Notes: generated by a model not told the origin, from the letters alone. A stretch of 64,000 bases of DNA from Desulfovibrio sp. (GCA_028708865.1 JAQVYA010000002.1:2819-66818); one strand, 5' to 3'. Positions 8,692 to 22,449 are shown, numbered from the stretch's first letter. Translations and numbers: made by a program.

Positions 8692-10299
8692 TCAGATCTC
8701 GGAAATCAGCTCCACCATCAAACGGTTGACGGTCATGAGCCGGTCGCGAATCTCGGTCTGCTCCACCCAATTTTTTTCCTTCAAGCCGGAAACACGGTTT
8801 TGCAGTTCCTGCATCAACCGGCTGGAATCGCCCACCAGGAAATCCCAGTCCACGCTGGGACGAGCCTGCTCCGCATGCCGGACGGTCTCCAAAATCCGCC
8901 CCGGCTCCAGCGTCACTTCTTCCAAATGATCCGGGACATGCACTTCCAGGGCCAGCTCCGTCTTCAACAATTCGGCAAAGGCCTGCTGAGCCACTGGTTC
9001 ACCGTGTACCAAAAAAACCTTCATGCGGTCCGCATGAAATCGGCGTACCCAGCCCAAAAGTTCGGACTGTCCGGCATGGCCCGAAAAGCCGTTGATGGTG
9101 AAGACCCGGGCCTTGACCGCCACATCCTCACCGAACAGACGAATTTTGGACGCCCCCCCCACAATCTTCCGCCCCGGTGTTCCCACTCCCTGATACCCCA
9201 CGAACACAACACTGGCCCCCGGGCGCCAAAGGTTGTGTTTGAGATGATGCTTGATGCGCCCGGCAGTGGCCATGCCGCTGGCGGAAATCACTACCGCGGG
9301 TCCGGAAGTGCTGTTGATGGCTTGAGACTCCGCTGTGCTGAGCGTAAACTTGAGGTTCGGCAAATCCAGAGGGTCTTCGCCGTTCTGGAGATAGTTCCGC
9401 GTTGTCTCATCAAAATATTCAGGATGCTTGCGAAAGACCTCCGTGGCGCGAATAGCCATGGGGCTGTCCAAAAAAACCGGCATATCCGCAGGCAAACGCC
9501 CCTGCTTATATAACAAAAACAATGAGTAAATAATCTGTTGGGAGCGCTCCACCGCAAATGCCGGAATAACGACCTTCTCGCCGTGGGAATAGCTGTACTG
9601 CACGGCCTCGGCCAGCTCATCCAGACTATTGCTGTCGTCTTTGTGGTTGCGGTTGCCGTACGTTGATTCCAAAAAAAGATAGTCCGGCGTTTTGGCCACG
9701 GCAGGATCATTGACAATCAGTTGGGCCGGTCGGCCCAGATCACCGGAAAACAACAACGACGTCGTTTTTTCGCCGTGTTGGTATTCAATGCGGATGAACG
9801 CGGACCCCAAAATGTGCCCGGCGTCACGGAACCGGACTGTAATCCCGGCCACAGGCTCAAAGGCATCTTCATACCGGATCGTCTCAATCAACGGCAGGGT
9901 CTTTTCCACATCCGCCTGGGTGTACAGCGGTTCCACTTCCCCGCCGCCCCGGCGGCTGCGCTTGCGGTTCACGTACTCGGCTTCCATCTCTTGGATATGC
10001 GCCGAATCCAGAAGCATGATTTCCAGCAAGTCCCGCGTCGGTTCCGAGGTATAAATTTTTCCCCGAAAGCCTTTTTTTACCAGCCTTGGTAAAAGGCCAC
10101 TGTGGTCTATGTGCGCATGCGTGATGAGGATGAAATCCAGTTTTTTGGGATCATACCGATCCGTGGTGTAGTTCCGCTTTTCAATTTCCTTGTTGCCCTG
10201 AAACATGCCCGCATCCACAAGGAACCTGGCACTATCGCACTCCAACTTATAACAGGACCCCGTGACGGTCTGAGCGGCTCCCAAAAACGTTACTTTCAT
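8692..10299 (-). CDS. MBL-fold beta-CASP RNA-processing metallohydrolase
   Basis: THAHIDH, DAGHILGS, ESTYG, PAFAVERSQ, FSGHA, VHGE. Confidence 0.92.
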   Translation of the reverse strand: MKVTFLGAAQTVTGSCYKLECDSARFLVDAGMFQGNKEIEKRNYTTDRYDPKKLDFILITHAHIDHSGLLPRLVKKGFRGKIYTSEPTRDLLEIMLLDSAHIQEMEAEYVNRKRSRRGGGEVEPLYTQADVEKTLPLIETIRYEDAFEPVAGITVRFRDAGHILGSAFIRIEYQHGEKTTSLLFSGDLGRPAQLIVNDPAVAKTPDYLFLESTYGNRNHKDDSNSLDELAEAVQYSYSHGEKVVIPAFAVERSQQIIYSLFLLYKQGRLPADMPVFLDSPMAIRATEVFRKHPEYFDETTRNYLQNGEDPLDLPNLKFTLSTAESQAINSTSGPAVVISASGMATAGRIKHHLKHNLWRPGASVVFVGYQGVGTPGRKIVGGASKIRLFGEDVAVKARVFTINGFSGHAGQSELLGWVRRFHADRMKVFLVHGEPVAQQAFAELLKTELALEVHVPDHLEEVTLEPGRILETVRHAEQARPSVDWDFLVGDSSRLMQELQNRVSGLKEKNWVEQTEIRDRLMTVNRLMVELISEI

Positions 10300-10496
10300 G
10301 GTTCCTCCGGATTCGAAGCATTGCGGCCCGCAGGGCGATGTTGGCCCTAGCTGCGCTTGACGGCGTTACGCGGGCCCTTCCAAAAGCGCAAGCAACAATC
10401 AGTGGCTGCGCATCGGGATTCATGCACCAACCCGGCAGGCTTTGGCAAGGGGCTGTAACGCAAAGAACCAGCGCCCCCCAGGACGGAAAAGCGAAA

Positions 10497-10525
10497 CTCC
10501 CTGTTGATGCAAAATCAACAGGGAG
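10497..10525 (-). terminator. rho-independent terminator after the nitroreductase-rsfS-gpmI operon
   Basis: Perfect 12-bp stem CTCCCTGTTGAT/ATCAACAGGGAG followed by a T-rich tract on the minus strand. Confidence 0.7.
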
Positions 10526-10566
10526 CGTCATTCCGGTCCAGGTCGCGCCGAAACCGGTTTATGTAC

Positions 10567-10809
10567 TCATAAAAAGTCAGGATCAATGCCGGCCCGGCCT
10601 CCCGCCATCATCAACCGCAAATACCGCACGGTCTTTTCATCCACGGGCACGATGGGGAAATTCTTACGGCAGGCATCACATTGCGCCATGGCGGGACGTG
10701 TGGGCGCAATCAACGGCACTTCCCGCGAACAATATGGACAGGCGTAGAGGTAAATGACCTCCATGCCCGAAGGTCGGACCGGAGTAACCGGTTTTCCCGA
10801 AGCGCTCAT
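10567..10809 (-). CDS. small zinc-ribbon hypothetical protein
   Basis: CPYC...CDAC; ATG overlaps the gpmI stop (ATGA). Confidence 0.75.
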   Translation of the reverse strand: MSASGKPVTPVRPSGMEVIYLYACPYCSREVPLIAPTRPAMAQCDACRKNFPIVPVDEKTVRYLRLMMAGGRAGIDPDFL

Positions 10810-12341
10810 GACGCATCCTCCTGCACAAGATTCAAACCATTCATTCCTTGCGGCGGCGTCACGCCCCAAAGCCCAAGAAGCGTGGGGGCGATGTCCCCAA
10901 GTTTGCCGGAACGCAGCAAGCGCCCTGCCGCGCCTTCGCCGATAAGCACCAGGGGCACGGGATTTAAGGAATGCGCTGTCTGCGGTTGCTCTTCCGCGTC
11001 CACCATTTCCTCGGCGTTACCATGATCAGCCGTCAGCAAAACGCGTCCGCCCCGGTCCAGCACGGCCTGCACGATCTTCCCCACACAGGCGTCCACGGTT
11101 TCCACCGCCCGTATCGTGGCGGGGATCTGTCCCGAGTGGCCCACCATGTCCAGGTTGGCCAGGTTGCAGACTGCAAAATCGTACGAAGGAAACAATGAAA
11201 GCAGTTCCTCCGTCACCTGATGCGCGCTCATTTCGGGCTTCAGGTCATATGTTGCCACGTCCCGCGGGGAAGCGATCAAACGATGATCTTCGCCAGGAAA
11301 GGGTTCTTCCCGGCCACAATTCAAAAAGTACGTCACATGGGCGTATTTTTCGGTTTCCGCAATACGCAGCTGCCGAAGTCCAAGGCCAGAAACCGCCTCG
11401 CCCAGGCAGCCGTCCAGCGTTTGAGGAGGAAAGGCCACCGGCAGGGGAAAACTGGACTCGTACTGGGTCATGCTCGCCATTCCAGCCAACTCTGGGCGTT
11501 TGCCACGGTCGAACTCGTCGAACTCATCGCTGAAAAAAGCGCGAACCAACTGGCGCATCCGGTCCGCCCGAAAATTGAAAAAGAACAGGCCGTCCCCGTC
11601 CCGAATCCTACCGTCCACGTCCGAGATGATGCGCGGCTTGACAAACTCATCGGTTTCCCCGGCGACATACGCATCCCGCATGCCCCGTACCGCGCCTTCC
11701 ACGCGTTGGCCCACGCCGTGCACCAGCGCATCCCAAGCCACCTTGGTACGGTCAAACCGCGTATCGCGATCCATGGCGTAGTACCGTCCCGCCAACGTGG
11801 CAATACGGCCGCATTCAATGCGCCTGCGCTCGTCCCGAAACTCCTTTACATAGCCTATTCCACTGGTGGGCGGGGTGTCACGACCATCCAGAAAGGCATG
11901 CACGAACACGTCCTGAAGTCCGCGATCGCGGGCCATTTCCAACAGAGCATACAAATGCTGCTGGTGACTATGTACGCCTCCGTCGGAAAGCAGACCCAGA
12001 AAATGCATTCGCCCGCCACGCTGCAACGTGGCGTCCATCAATTCGGTAAGAGCCGGGTTCCGCTGCAACGAGCCGTCTTCCAACGCCATGTCGATGCGGG
12101 TCATATCCTGATAAACAATGCGGCCCGCTCCAATGTTCATGTGCCCCACTTCCGAGTTGCCCATAAACCCTTCGGGCAGTCCTACAGCTCTTCCGGCACA
12201 CTCCAGCGTGGTGTGCGGCCAGCGTTTCATCAGACGGTTCAGATTGGGAGTATGCGCCTGCGTCACGGCGTTGCCCGGAGAATCCGGAGCCACGCCCCAG
12301 CCGTCCAAAATCAGCAGCAGGGTCGGAATGTATTCGCTCAT
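10806..12341 (-). CDS. gpmI: 2,3-bisphosphoglycerate-independent phosphoglycerate mutase
   Basis: ILDGWG, MGNSEVGH, GRYYAMDRD, NFRADR, AETEKYAHVT, DMVGH, TADHGN. Confidence 0.97.
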   Translation of the reverse strand: MSEYIPTLLLILDGWGVAPDSPGNAVTQAHTPNLNRLMKRWPHTTLECAGRAVGLPEGFMGNSEVGHMNIGAGRIVYQDMTRIDMALEDGSLQRNPALTELMDATLQRGGRMHFLGLLSDGGVHSHQQHLYALLEMARDRGLQDVFVHAFLDGRDTPPTSGIGYVKEFRDERRRIECGRIATLAGRYYAMDRDTRFDRTKVAWDALVHGVGQRVEGAVRGMRDAYVAGETDEFVKPRIISDVDGRIRDGDGLFFFNFRADRMRQLVRAFFSDEFDEFDRGKRPELAGMASMTQYESSFPLPVAFPPQTLDGCLGEAVSGLGLRQLRIAETEKYAHVTYFLNCGREEPFPGEDHRLIASPRDVATYDLKPEMSAHQVTEELLSLFPSYDFAVCNLANLDMVGHSGQIPATIRAVETVDACVGKIVQAVLDRGGRVLLTADHGNAEEMVDAEEQPQTAHSLNPVPLVLIGEGAAGRLLRSGKLGDIAPTLLGLWGVTPPQGMNGLNLVQEDAS

Positions 12342-12727
12342 GCGTCTACGCCGTCCCCAGGCATGGGCACCGAATCGGCTTCCGCCCAAAGCCCCTCCAG
12401 GTTATACAAGGAACGCTGCTCAGCTTGAAAGATGTGGACGACCACATCGTTGAAGTCCATGAGAATCCATCCCCCAGCATTGTAACCTTCCATGCCGAGA
12501 TACTCGATATTCTCCTGCCCCGATCTGTCCAGCAGGCTGTCGGCCAGCGCCTGGGCATGGCGCACGCCTTTGGCGGATACAATCACGAGAGCCTCCGTGA
12601 TGTGGCAAAGTCCGTCCACATCCAGACCGATCACCTCTGATGCCTGCTTTTCCACCAGCCAGCCACCTAAAAGCTGGGCCTTGTCGCGACTTTCCATCAG
12701 ATTATGCTTCTTTTCCTTTTCAATCAT
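12338..12727 (-). CDS. rsfS: ribosome silencing factor
   Basis: GWILMDFNDVVVHIF...R..YNLEGLW. Confidence 0.93.
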   Translation of the reverse strand: MIEKEKKHNLMESRDKAQLLGGWLVEKQASEVIGLDVDGLCHITEALVIVSAKGVRHAQALADSLLDRSGQENIEYLGMEGYNAGGWILMDFNDVVVHIFQAEQRSLYNLEGLWAEADSVPMPGDGVDA

Positions 12728-13329
12728 TCGTCTTCCAATGTCTCCCGGCCATGAGAGGCCAAAATGACTTCTTCCAGAGCCCGCTTCGGCACATGGTGCA
12801 CGCCTTGGGCGTCACGCCAATATTTGACGCTTCCATCTTTGGGCAGCGGTTCCAAAACAACCTGCTCCTTGGGCTCGCCCAGGGCCAACACATATAGGAT
12901 ATTCATATTCTCCGGAATGTCCAGGTCGCCGCGCAAACGCTGACGATCCACGGCGCCGAGCATACAACCGCCCAGGCCCCGGGCCCGCGCCCCCAACAAA
13001 ATGGTCTGGCAGGCAATGCCAGCATCCACCCGCGCATTGGTCTCTTTGGTCTGGGCATCGACGCAGACCACGATATACGCCGCAGGCCGTTCACCGGAAG
13101 CCGGACCAGGCCAGTCCTTCAACGCGGCCGCCCAAACAAGACGAGAAAATATCTGCTCATTCAGCGCCGCATCGGCACACAGAACATATTGGAGAGGCTG
13201 CGCATTGGCAGCGGAAGCGGTTTGGCGGGCCAGATCGACCAATTCGCGCAACGCAGCAAGGGACACGGGACGCTGTTCATGAAACCGCCGCACAGAGCGA
13301 GTGGCGGCAACCAATTCTTGAAATTGCAT
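12724..13329 (-). CDS. nitroreductase family protein
   Basis: RSVRRF, ASAANAQP, DAGIACQTILLGA...GLGGC. Confidence 0.9.
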   Translation of the reverse strand: MQFQELVAATRSVRRFHEQRPVSLAALRELVDLARQTASAANAQPLQYVLCADAALNEQIFSRLVWAAALKDWPGPASGERPAAYIVVCVDAQTKETNARVDAGIACQTILLGARARGLGGCMLGAVDRQRLRGDLDIPENMNILYVLALGEPKEQVVLEPLPKDGSVKYWRDAQGVHHVPKRALEEVILASHGRETLEDE

Positions 13330-13453
13330 TTGACCTCCAGATTCGTTCCGACTTGTAAAGAATTTGTCCGCAGGTGGCAATGCGATACCATTGCCGCCCC
13401 ACCGTGCCACCCCCGGTTGACCGGAAAAAGATTCGGATCATGACACTGAAGAC

Positions 13454-13483
13454 TTGACTGCAAACACCGTTTCGGGCAACACT
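13454..13483 (+). promoter_or_regulatory. putative sigma70 promoter for the paaK leader
   Basis: TTGACT-N18-AACACT; predicted +1 falls near the leader ATG at 13491. Confidence 0.45.
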
Positions 13484-13490
13484 TTCGTTC

Positions 13491-13574
13491 ATGCAAAATA
13501 CAATTTCGCCTCTGTGCTTTACCCGTCTGTTTTTTGGCTTCTTTTTTAAGAGGCCCATACAGCCCGTGGCATAG
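13491..13574 (+). CDS. putative Phe-rich attenuator leader peptide MQNTISPLCFTRLFFGFFFKRPIQPVA
   Basis: 27 codons, 6 Phe codons within 10 codons, ends just before a terminator; too short for the ORF track. Confidence 0.75.
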   Translation: MQNTISPLCFTRLFFGFFFKRPIQPVA

Positions 13575-13597
13575 CAAGGCGTCTGATCGCCAAATCC

Positions 13598-13625
13598 AAG
13601 GCCGCGGGATTCCGCGGCCTTTTTT
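13598..13625 (+). terminator. attenuator terminator in the paaK 5' leader
   Basis: AAGGCCGCGG-GATT-CCGCGGCCTT followed by a T-run, about 34 nt before the paaK ATG; no upstream + strand gene other than the leader peptide. Confidence 0.85.
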
Positions 13626-13658
13626 GTTTGTTTTGCCAGCCCCAAAGGAGGAGAGAAG

Positions 13659-14966
13659 ATGATCTTCGATGTGGAACATGAAACCATGCCCAGGGAAGAG
13701 CTTGAGCAACTGCAATTGCGCCGTTTACAAACCCTTGTGGAGCGCGTGTACCACAATGTGCCGTTCTACAAAAAACGCCTTGAGGAAAAGGGTATCCGCC
13801 CTCGGGACATCCAAAAGCTCGAAGATGTCCGCTACCTGCCCTTCACGGGAAAACAGGACCTGCGCAATAACTACCCCTACGGCCTCTTTGCCGTGAGCAT
13901 GGAAAACATCGTACGCCTGCACTCCTCCTCCGGAACCACGGGCAAGGCCACGGTCGTGGGCTACACCCACCGCGACGTGCGCACTTGGGCCTCTCTCATG
14001 GGTCGCTGCCTGAACGCCGCCGGAGTCGGCCCCGGCGACATTCTGCACAACGCATACGGATACGGGCTTTTCACCGGCGGACTGGGAGCCCATTACGGGG
14101 CCGAAGCCGCAGGAGCCACGGTCATTCCCATGTCCGGCGGCGCCACACGACGCCAAATCATGATCATTAAAGATTTCATGGCCACGGCCATTTGTTGCAC
14201 GCCCTCCTATGCCCTACACTTGGCGGAAACCGCTGGAGAGCTAGGCATCGACGCGCGCAGCCTGCCGCTCAAAGTGGGCATTTTCGGAGCGGAACCCTGG
14301 TCCGAATCCATGCGCAAGGACATTGAAGCCAGGCTGAACATCAAGGCTCTGGACATCTACGGGCTTTCGGAAATCATGGGGCCGGGCGTCGGCATCGAAT
14401 GTGCGGAAGCGCAAAACGGGCTACACATGCAGGAAGACCATTTCCTGCTGGAAGTCATTGATCCGGTGAGCGGAGACCCCGTAGCCCCCGGTGAAATGGG
14501 CGAACTGGTCATCACCACCCTGACCAAGGAAGCCATACCCCTGCTGCGCTACCGTACCCGCGATCTGACCAGGCTGGAGAGCACCCCCTGCCGTTGCGGC
14601 CGCACCACAGCCCGCATGATGCGTGTCCAGGGACGTTCGGACGACATGCTCATCATTCGCGGTGTGAATGTGTTCCCGCAACAAATCGAATCCATTCTTC
14701 TGGAAACCGACGGGCTGGCCCCGCACTATCAACTGGTTGTGGACCGCAAGGGAACCATGGATACGCTTGAGGTGCGCGTGGAAATCAACGAAAAAATCTT
14801 CAGTGACGAAATCAAAGGACTTCAGTCCCTTGAGAAAAAAGTACAAGGCGCCATCAAAGAATTTCTGGGCGTCACGGCCACGGTCAAGCTGGTGGAACCC
14901 AAGGGCATTGAGCGCTCCATGGGCAAGGCGCAACGCATCATTGATTTGCGCAAAGAAGCGCAGTAA
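13659..14966 (+). CDS. paaK: phenylacetate--CoA ligase family protein
   Basis: [58 protein letters not shown]. Confidence 0.93.
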   Translation: MIFDVEHETMPREELEQLQLRRLQTLVERVYHNVPFYKKRLEEKGIRPRDIQKLEDVRYLPFTGKQDLRNNYPYGLFAVSMENIVRLHSSSGTTGKATVVGYTHRDVRTWASLMGRCLNAAGVGPGDILHNAYGYGLFTGGLGAHYGAEAAGATVIPMSGGATRRQIMIIKDFMATAICCTPSYALHLAETAGELGIDARSLPLKVGIFGAEPWSESMRKDIEARLNIKALDIYGLSEIMGPGVGIECAEAQNGLHMQEDHFLLEVIDPVSGDPVAPGEMGELVITTLTKEAIPLLRYRTRDLTRLESTPCRCGRTTARMMRVQGRSDDMLIIRGVNVFPQQIESILLETDGLAPHYQLVVDRKGTMDTLEVRVEINEKIFSDEIKGLQSLEKKVQGAIKEFLGVTATVKLVEPKGIERSMGKAQRIIDLRKEAQ

Positions 14967-15005
14967 GCTTGGTGGCCGAAAACCGACAACTCAGAGAGGA
15001 AAGCC

Positions 15006-15437
15006 ATGAAGGTTGATCAGCTGTCCATCTTTCTCGAAAACAGAGCCGGGCGTCTGGCGGAAGTGACTAAAATTCTCAGCGACACCGGCGTGAATATCCG
15101 GGCGCTGTCCCTGGCGGATACTTCCGACTTCGGCATCCTGCGCCTCATTGTCTCAGATTTTGAAAAAGCGCGGACCGAACTCAAAAACCAGGGCTTCACC
15201 GTGGGACGCACCAGTGTGGTAGCCTTGGAAGTGGATGACCAGCCCGGCGGGCTGAATAATATTCTCGCCATCCTTCAGGCCGAGAACATCAATGTGGAAT
15301 ACATGTATGCCTTCGTCCACCAGAGTTCCAACAACGCGGTGATCATTTTCCGCTTCGACCGCACGGACCAGGCCATTGAACTGCTCAAAAAAAACAACCT
15401 GACCATCATTCCAGGCCAAAAACTGTACAGCATCTAG
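15006..15437 (+). CDS. tandem ACT-domain amino-acid-binding protein
   Basis: [13 protein letters not shown]...GVNIRALS; DQPGGL...INVEYMY. Confidence 0.92.
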   Translation: MKVDQLSIFLENRAGRLAEVTKILSDTGVNIRALSLADTSDFGILRLIVSDFEKARTELKNQGFTVGRTSVVALEVDDQPGGLNNILAILQAENINVEYMYAFVHQSSNNAVIIFRFDRTDQAIELLKKNNLTIIPGQKLYSI

Positions 15438-15442
15438 GCCGC

Positions 15443-15485
15443 AATCCGGCGGGGAGGCCAACGCTTCCCCGCCGGATTTTTATTT
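15443..15485 (+). terminator. rho-independent terminator after paaK-ACT
   Basis: AATCCGGCGGGGAGGC...GCTTCCCCGCCGGATTTTT. Confidence 0.8.
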
Positions 15486-15798
15486 TGGAGTCCACATCAG
15501 GGAAGCCAACCCATCGCCTTTGTCAAAACATCCTGCTGTGAATAAGCAATTGTTTTTGTTTTTCCTCCGAGCCGCCCTCAAACACCTGCCGCGTACCACA
15601 CATTGCAGCATAGCGCGGGGGCAATCAAAATATCCGCGTTTCAACGATCTCTTCAGGCATTGCCGAAGAGCCCCCAAGCGCGTATGGAGTATATAGATAC
15701 CATTGCCATTGTCGTGAAACAGGCTGCGCAGGCACATAGGGGTGCACGGCAGGACGTTCCAGCGCCAAAGGCGGAATTCACCAAGCGAGAGCAAGTTC

Positions 15799-16143
15799 AT
15801 GCACAACGAGCCCATCAGCAAACCCTGGTTCGAAAAAATGCGCGGCAAAGAAGCGTTCATCACGCGCTTGTTTACCGTATTCCTACGCGAGGAACCGCAA
15901 CGCGTTGCCAAAATCCGGGCGGCCATGGAGCGGAACGACCTCGACGAAGTGAAATACCTGGCCCACTCCCTCAAAGGTGCCGCCGCCACCCTCGGGGCCG
16001 AACCCTTACGGCAAGCCTGTCTGGAACTGGAAATGGCCGCCAAAAGCAATAACGAAGCCCAAAGCTCGTTGGCCCTGCAACACCTGGATGAACAGATAGG
16101 CCGTGTTTATGAGCGCATGCAGGATTGGCTCAAACTCCAATAA
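15799..16143 (+). CDS. stand-alone HPt phosphotransfer protein
   Basis: AHSLKGAAATLGA..L...C..LE. Confidence 0.88.
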   Translation: MHNEPISKPWFEKMRGKEAFITRLFTVFLREEPQRVAKIRAAMERNDLDEVKYLAHSLKGAAATLGAEPLRQACLELEMAAKSNNEAQSSLALQHLDEQIGRVYERMQDWLKLQ

Positions 16144-16159
16144 CTATTTCTGAAACCAT

Positions 16160-16219
16160 AAAAAAGAAGTCCCGTACCGGAACCATATGAAGGTGGTTCC
16201 GGTACGGGACTTCTTTTTT
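16160..16219. terminator. bidirectional terminator (perfect 26-bp inverted repeat)
   Basis: AAAAAAGAAGTCCCGTACCGGAACCA-N8-TGGTTCCGGTACGGGACTTCTTTTTT between convergent HPt and dapB. Confidence 0.85.
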
Positions 16220-16267
16220 GTTCGGAAAACAGAGTCGGGACTCTCTCCCCCCTCAAGGAGGGCTCCG

Positions 16268-19378
<3,111 letters not shown>

Positions 19379-19388
<10 letters not shown>

Positions 19389-20440
19389 TTCTCCGCACCG
19401 TAAAGATCCAGGCGCATCTGTTGCAGGTTGGTTCGCCGCCCCACCATGAGCAGGGTATCCTCCATCTGAATAACTTCCTCGGGACCGGGATTGAAGATCA
19501 TCTCTCCATTGCTTTTCTTGATGGCAATGATGATCAGGTTATAACGTGGCCGAATGGCCGACTCGATAAGATTCTTCCCATGCAGGCTGGAGTCGGCCGG
19601 AACCTGGAGTTCCTCCATTTGCAAGTCGATATCGTCCTGCATGGCAATCTCCAGAAAGTTCGTCACCGTGGGCCGAAGTACATTCTGCGCCATGCGCACC
19701 CCCCCAATGAGGTGTGGCATGACCACTCTGTCCGCCCCAGCCAGCTTCAGCCGCGAAATATGTGCCTGCTGGCTGGCGCGGGCAATGATGGTCAGTTCAG
19801 GGCAGAGCTGGCGGGCTGTGAGGGTGACATAGACATTGGCCGCTTCGGAGGAAAGGGCGGAAATCAGTGCCCGGGCTTTGCGTAGGCCCACGGAAAGCAA
19901 AAGTTCATCGTCGGTGGCATCCCCTTCCACGCAAAGAATTCCTTCCAATTCCAGCTTTTGAATCAGATCCGAATTCTGTTCCAAGACCACCGGCACAAAG
20001 CCTTCATTTCGTATTTCATGGACCACAACACTGCCGATGCGGCCATATCCGCAGACAATAAAATGATTTTCCAGCTTGCCAATGGCTTTTTGCATTCTAC
20101 GTCTCCCCCAAAGGACCTGTAACCGGCCCTCCACCAATACCTGGGAAAAAGAGGCCACGATATACATGAACCCGCCCACGCCGCTCATGATCAGCAACGC
20201 CGCGAACATGCGCCCCGCCGAGGACAGAGGGTGCACCTCGCCATAGCCCACCGTGGAAAGGGTGATCACCACCATGTAGAAGCTACTGAGCAGATCCCAG
20301 CCCTCAATGAGCATGAAACCGAGGATGCCGAACAAAAAAATGAGCAGCAACAAAAAGCTGCCCATAACAAGATTCCAGAACGTGCCCATCCGCTGCTTCA
20401 ATTCAAACAGGCGCTTGTTCATGGATCGCAACGACATCAT
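19379..20440 (-). CDS. 2-TM potassium channel with RCK (TrkA-N/TrkA-C) domains
   Basis: Selectivity filter TVGYG; GYGRIG Rossmann motif; start overlaps the uvrB stop. Confidence 0.92.
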
Positions 20441-22449
20441 CCCCCCAGTTGCAGGATACGCTCCCGCAGCGGCGTAATGCGATCCCGAAGTTGAGCTGCC
20501 CGCTCGAACTCCAGTTCCTTGGCCGCATCCCGCATTTCACGCTCCAGCTTCCGCACCGCCTTGGCGAGCCGACGCGGATCATCGCCATACCCGGCAAGCT
20601 CTTCGGCTGCAAGGGCTTGTTGCGCCTTCTCATCCGCAGCGACCTGGGAAGCCACCTGAAGCCCCTCCCCCACAGCCTTGCGGATAGTCTGTGGAGTGAT
20701 GCCGTGTTCCGCATTGTAGGCCAGCTGCCGCTCCCGGCGGCGTTCGGTTTCCTCCATGGCGGAATGCATGGCTCGGGTGACCTTGTCCCCATACATGATC
20801 ACGCTTCCCTGGACGTTACGTGCGGCGCGGCCAAAAGTCTGTATCAGGGCTCCCGACGAGCGGAGAAAGCCCTCTTTATCCGCATCCAGAATAGCCACTA
20901 AAGAAACTTCCGGCAGGTCCAGCCCCTCCCGGAGCAGGTTGATCCCCACCAGCACGTCGAATTCACCCGCTCGCAGAGCTCGGATAATGGCCATGCGTTC
21001 GATGGTGTCGATGTCCGAATGCAGATACCTCGTATTCACGCCCATCTGTTGAAAATATTCGGTCAGATCTTCAGCCATGCGTTTGGTCAGGGTGGTCACC
21101 AGCACCCGTTCTCCGCGCTCGACTCGCCCCCGACACTCGCTCAGAAGGTCGTCCAATTGTCCTTCGGTCGGCCGGACCTCCAGTTGAGGGTCCACAAGCC
21201 CCGTTGGCCGGATAATCTGTTCCACTACCAATCCCTGAGCCCGTTCCAATTCCCAAGGACCCGGCGTGGCGGAAACAAATACGGCCTGGCCAATACGTTG
21301 TAAAAATTCCTTAAAATTCAATGGGCGGTTATCCAAAGCCGAAGGAAGACGAAATCCAAAATCCACCAAGGTGGTCTTGCGAGACCGGTCCCCATTGAAC
21401 ATGGCCCCTACCTGGGGAACTGCGATATGGGATTCATCCACAAACAAAACAAAGTCATCCGGGAAATAGTCAAGCAAGGTGGCGGGGGGCTGTCCAGTGC
21501 GCCGCCCGTCCAGGTGCAGGGAATAATTTTCGATCCCGTTACAGTAGCCGAGTTCCTCAATTTGCTCCAGATCAAACATGGTTCGCTGTTCCAGGCGCTG
21601 AGCCTCTACCAATCTGCTATTGTCCCTGAACCATTGCAGCCGCTCGCTCAGCTCCGTACGGATGGCTTCACGGGCTCGTTGCAGGTTGTCCTGGTCGGAA
21701 ACATAGTGCGACCCCGGATAGATGACGGTTTTGCGCAAGCGAGCGCGCACCTCGCCCGTGAGAGGATCAGTTTCCAAAATGGAATCGATTTCGTCACCGA
21801 AAAATTCCACGCGAATGGCCTGTTCCCGAGCATAAGCGGGAATGATTTCCACCACATCGCCCCGCACCCGAAAGGTGCCGCGATGAAAATCATAGTCGTT
21901 GCGTTCATAGTGCACTTCCACCAGCCGGGCCAGCAGCTCTTCCATGGTCATGGCCTGACCTTCTTCCACGGGGATGATCATCTTGGCATAGTATTCGGGT
22001 GACCCCAATCCGTAAATACAGGACACCGAAGCCACAATGATCACATCTCGTCGAGTCAGCAGGGCGTGCGTGGCGGCGTGGCGCAATTTGTCGATATCGT
22101 CATTGATGGACGAATCTTTCTCAATGTACGTATCCGAATGTGGCAGGTAGGCTTCAGGCTGATAATAATCATAGTAGCTTACAAAGTATTCGACGGCATT
22201 GTGGGGAAATAGCGACTTGAATTCACCGTACAGTTGCGCCGCCAGGGTCTTGTTGGGTGCCAAAATCAAAGCCGGACGGTTTACCCGGGCAATGACGTTG
22301 GCCATCGTAAAGGTTTTGCCGGACCCTGTGACCCCAAGCAAGACCTGGTCACGCAGGTCGCCGTGCAGGTTCCCGACGATATCGTCAATGGCCGCTGGTT
22401 GGTCCCCGGTGGGAGTATATTCGCTGACGAGTTCAAATGTATCCGGCAT
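20437..22449 (-). CDS. uvrB: excinuclease ABC subunit B
   Basis: [35 protein letters not shown]-terminal UVR domain. Confidence 0.98.
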   Translation of the reverse strand: MPDTFELVSEYTPTGDQPAAIDDIVGNLHGDLRDQVLLGVTGSGKTFTMANVIARVNRPALILAPNKTLAAQLYGEFKSLFPHNAVEYFVSYYDYYQPEAYLPHSDTYIEKDSSINDDIDKLRHAATHALLTRRDVIIVASVSCIYGLGSPEYYAKMIIPVEEGQAMTMEELLARLVEVHYERNDYDFHRGTFRVRGDVVEIIPAYAREQAIRVEFFGDEIDSILETDPLTGEVRARLRKTVIYPGSHYVSDQDNLQRAREAIRTELSERLQWFRDNSRLVEAQRLEQRTMFDLEQIEELGYCNGIENYSLHLDGRRTGQPPATLLDYFPDDFVLFVDESHIAVPQVGAMFNGDRSRKTTLVDFGFRLPSALDNRPLNFKEFLQRIGQAVFVSATPGPWELERAQGLVVEQIIRPTGLVDPQLEVRPTEGQLDDLLSECRGRVERGERVLVTTLTKRMAEDLTEYFQQMGVNTRYLHSDIDTIERMAIIRALRAGEFDVLVGINLLREGLDLPEVSLVAILDADKEGFLRSSGALIQTFGRAARNVQGSVIMYGDKVTRAMHSAMEETERRRERQLAYNAEHGITPQTIRKAVGEGLQVASQVAADEKAQQALAAEELAGYGDDPRRLAKAVRKLEREMRDAAKELEFERAAQLRDRITPLRERILQLGG

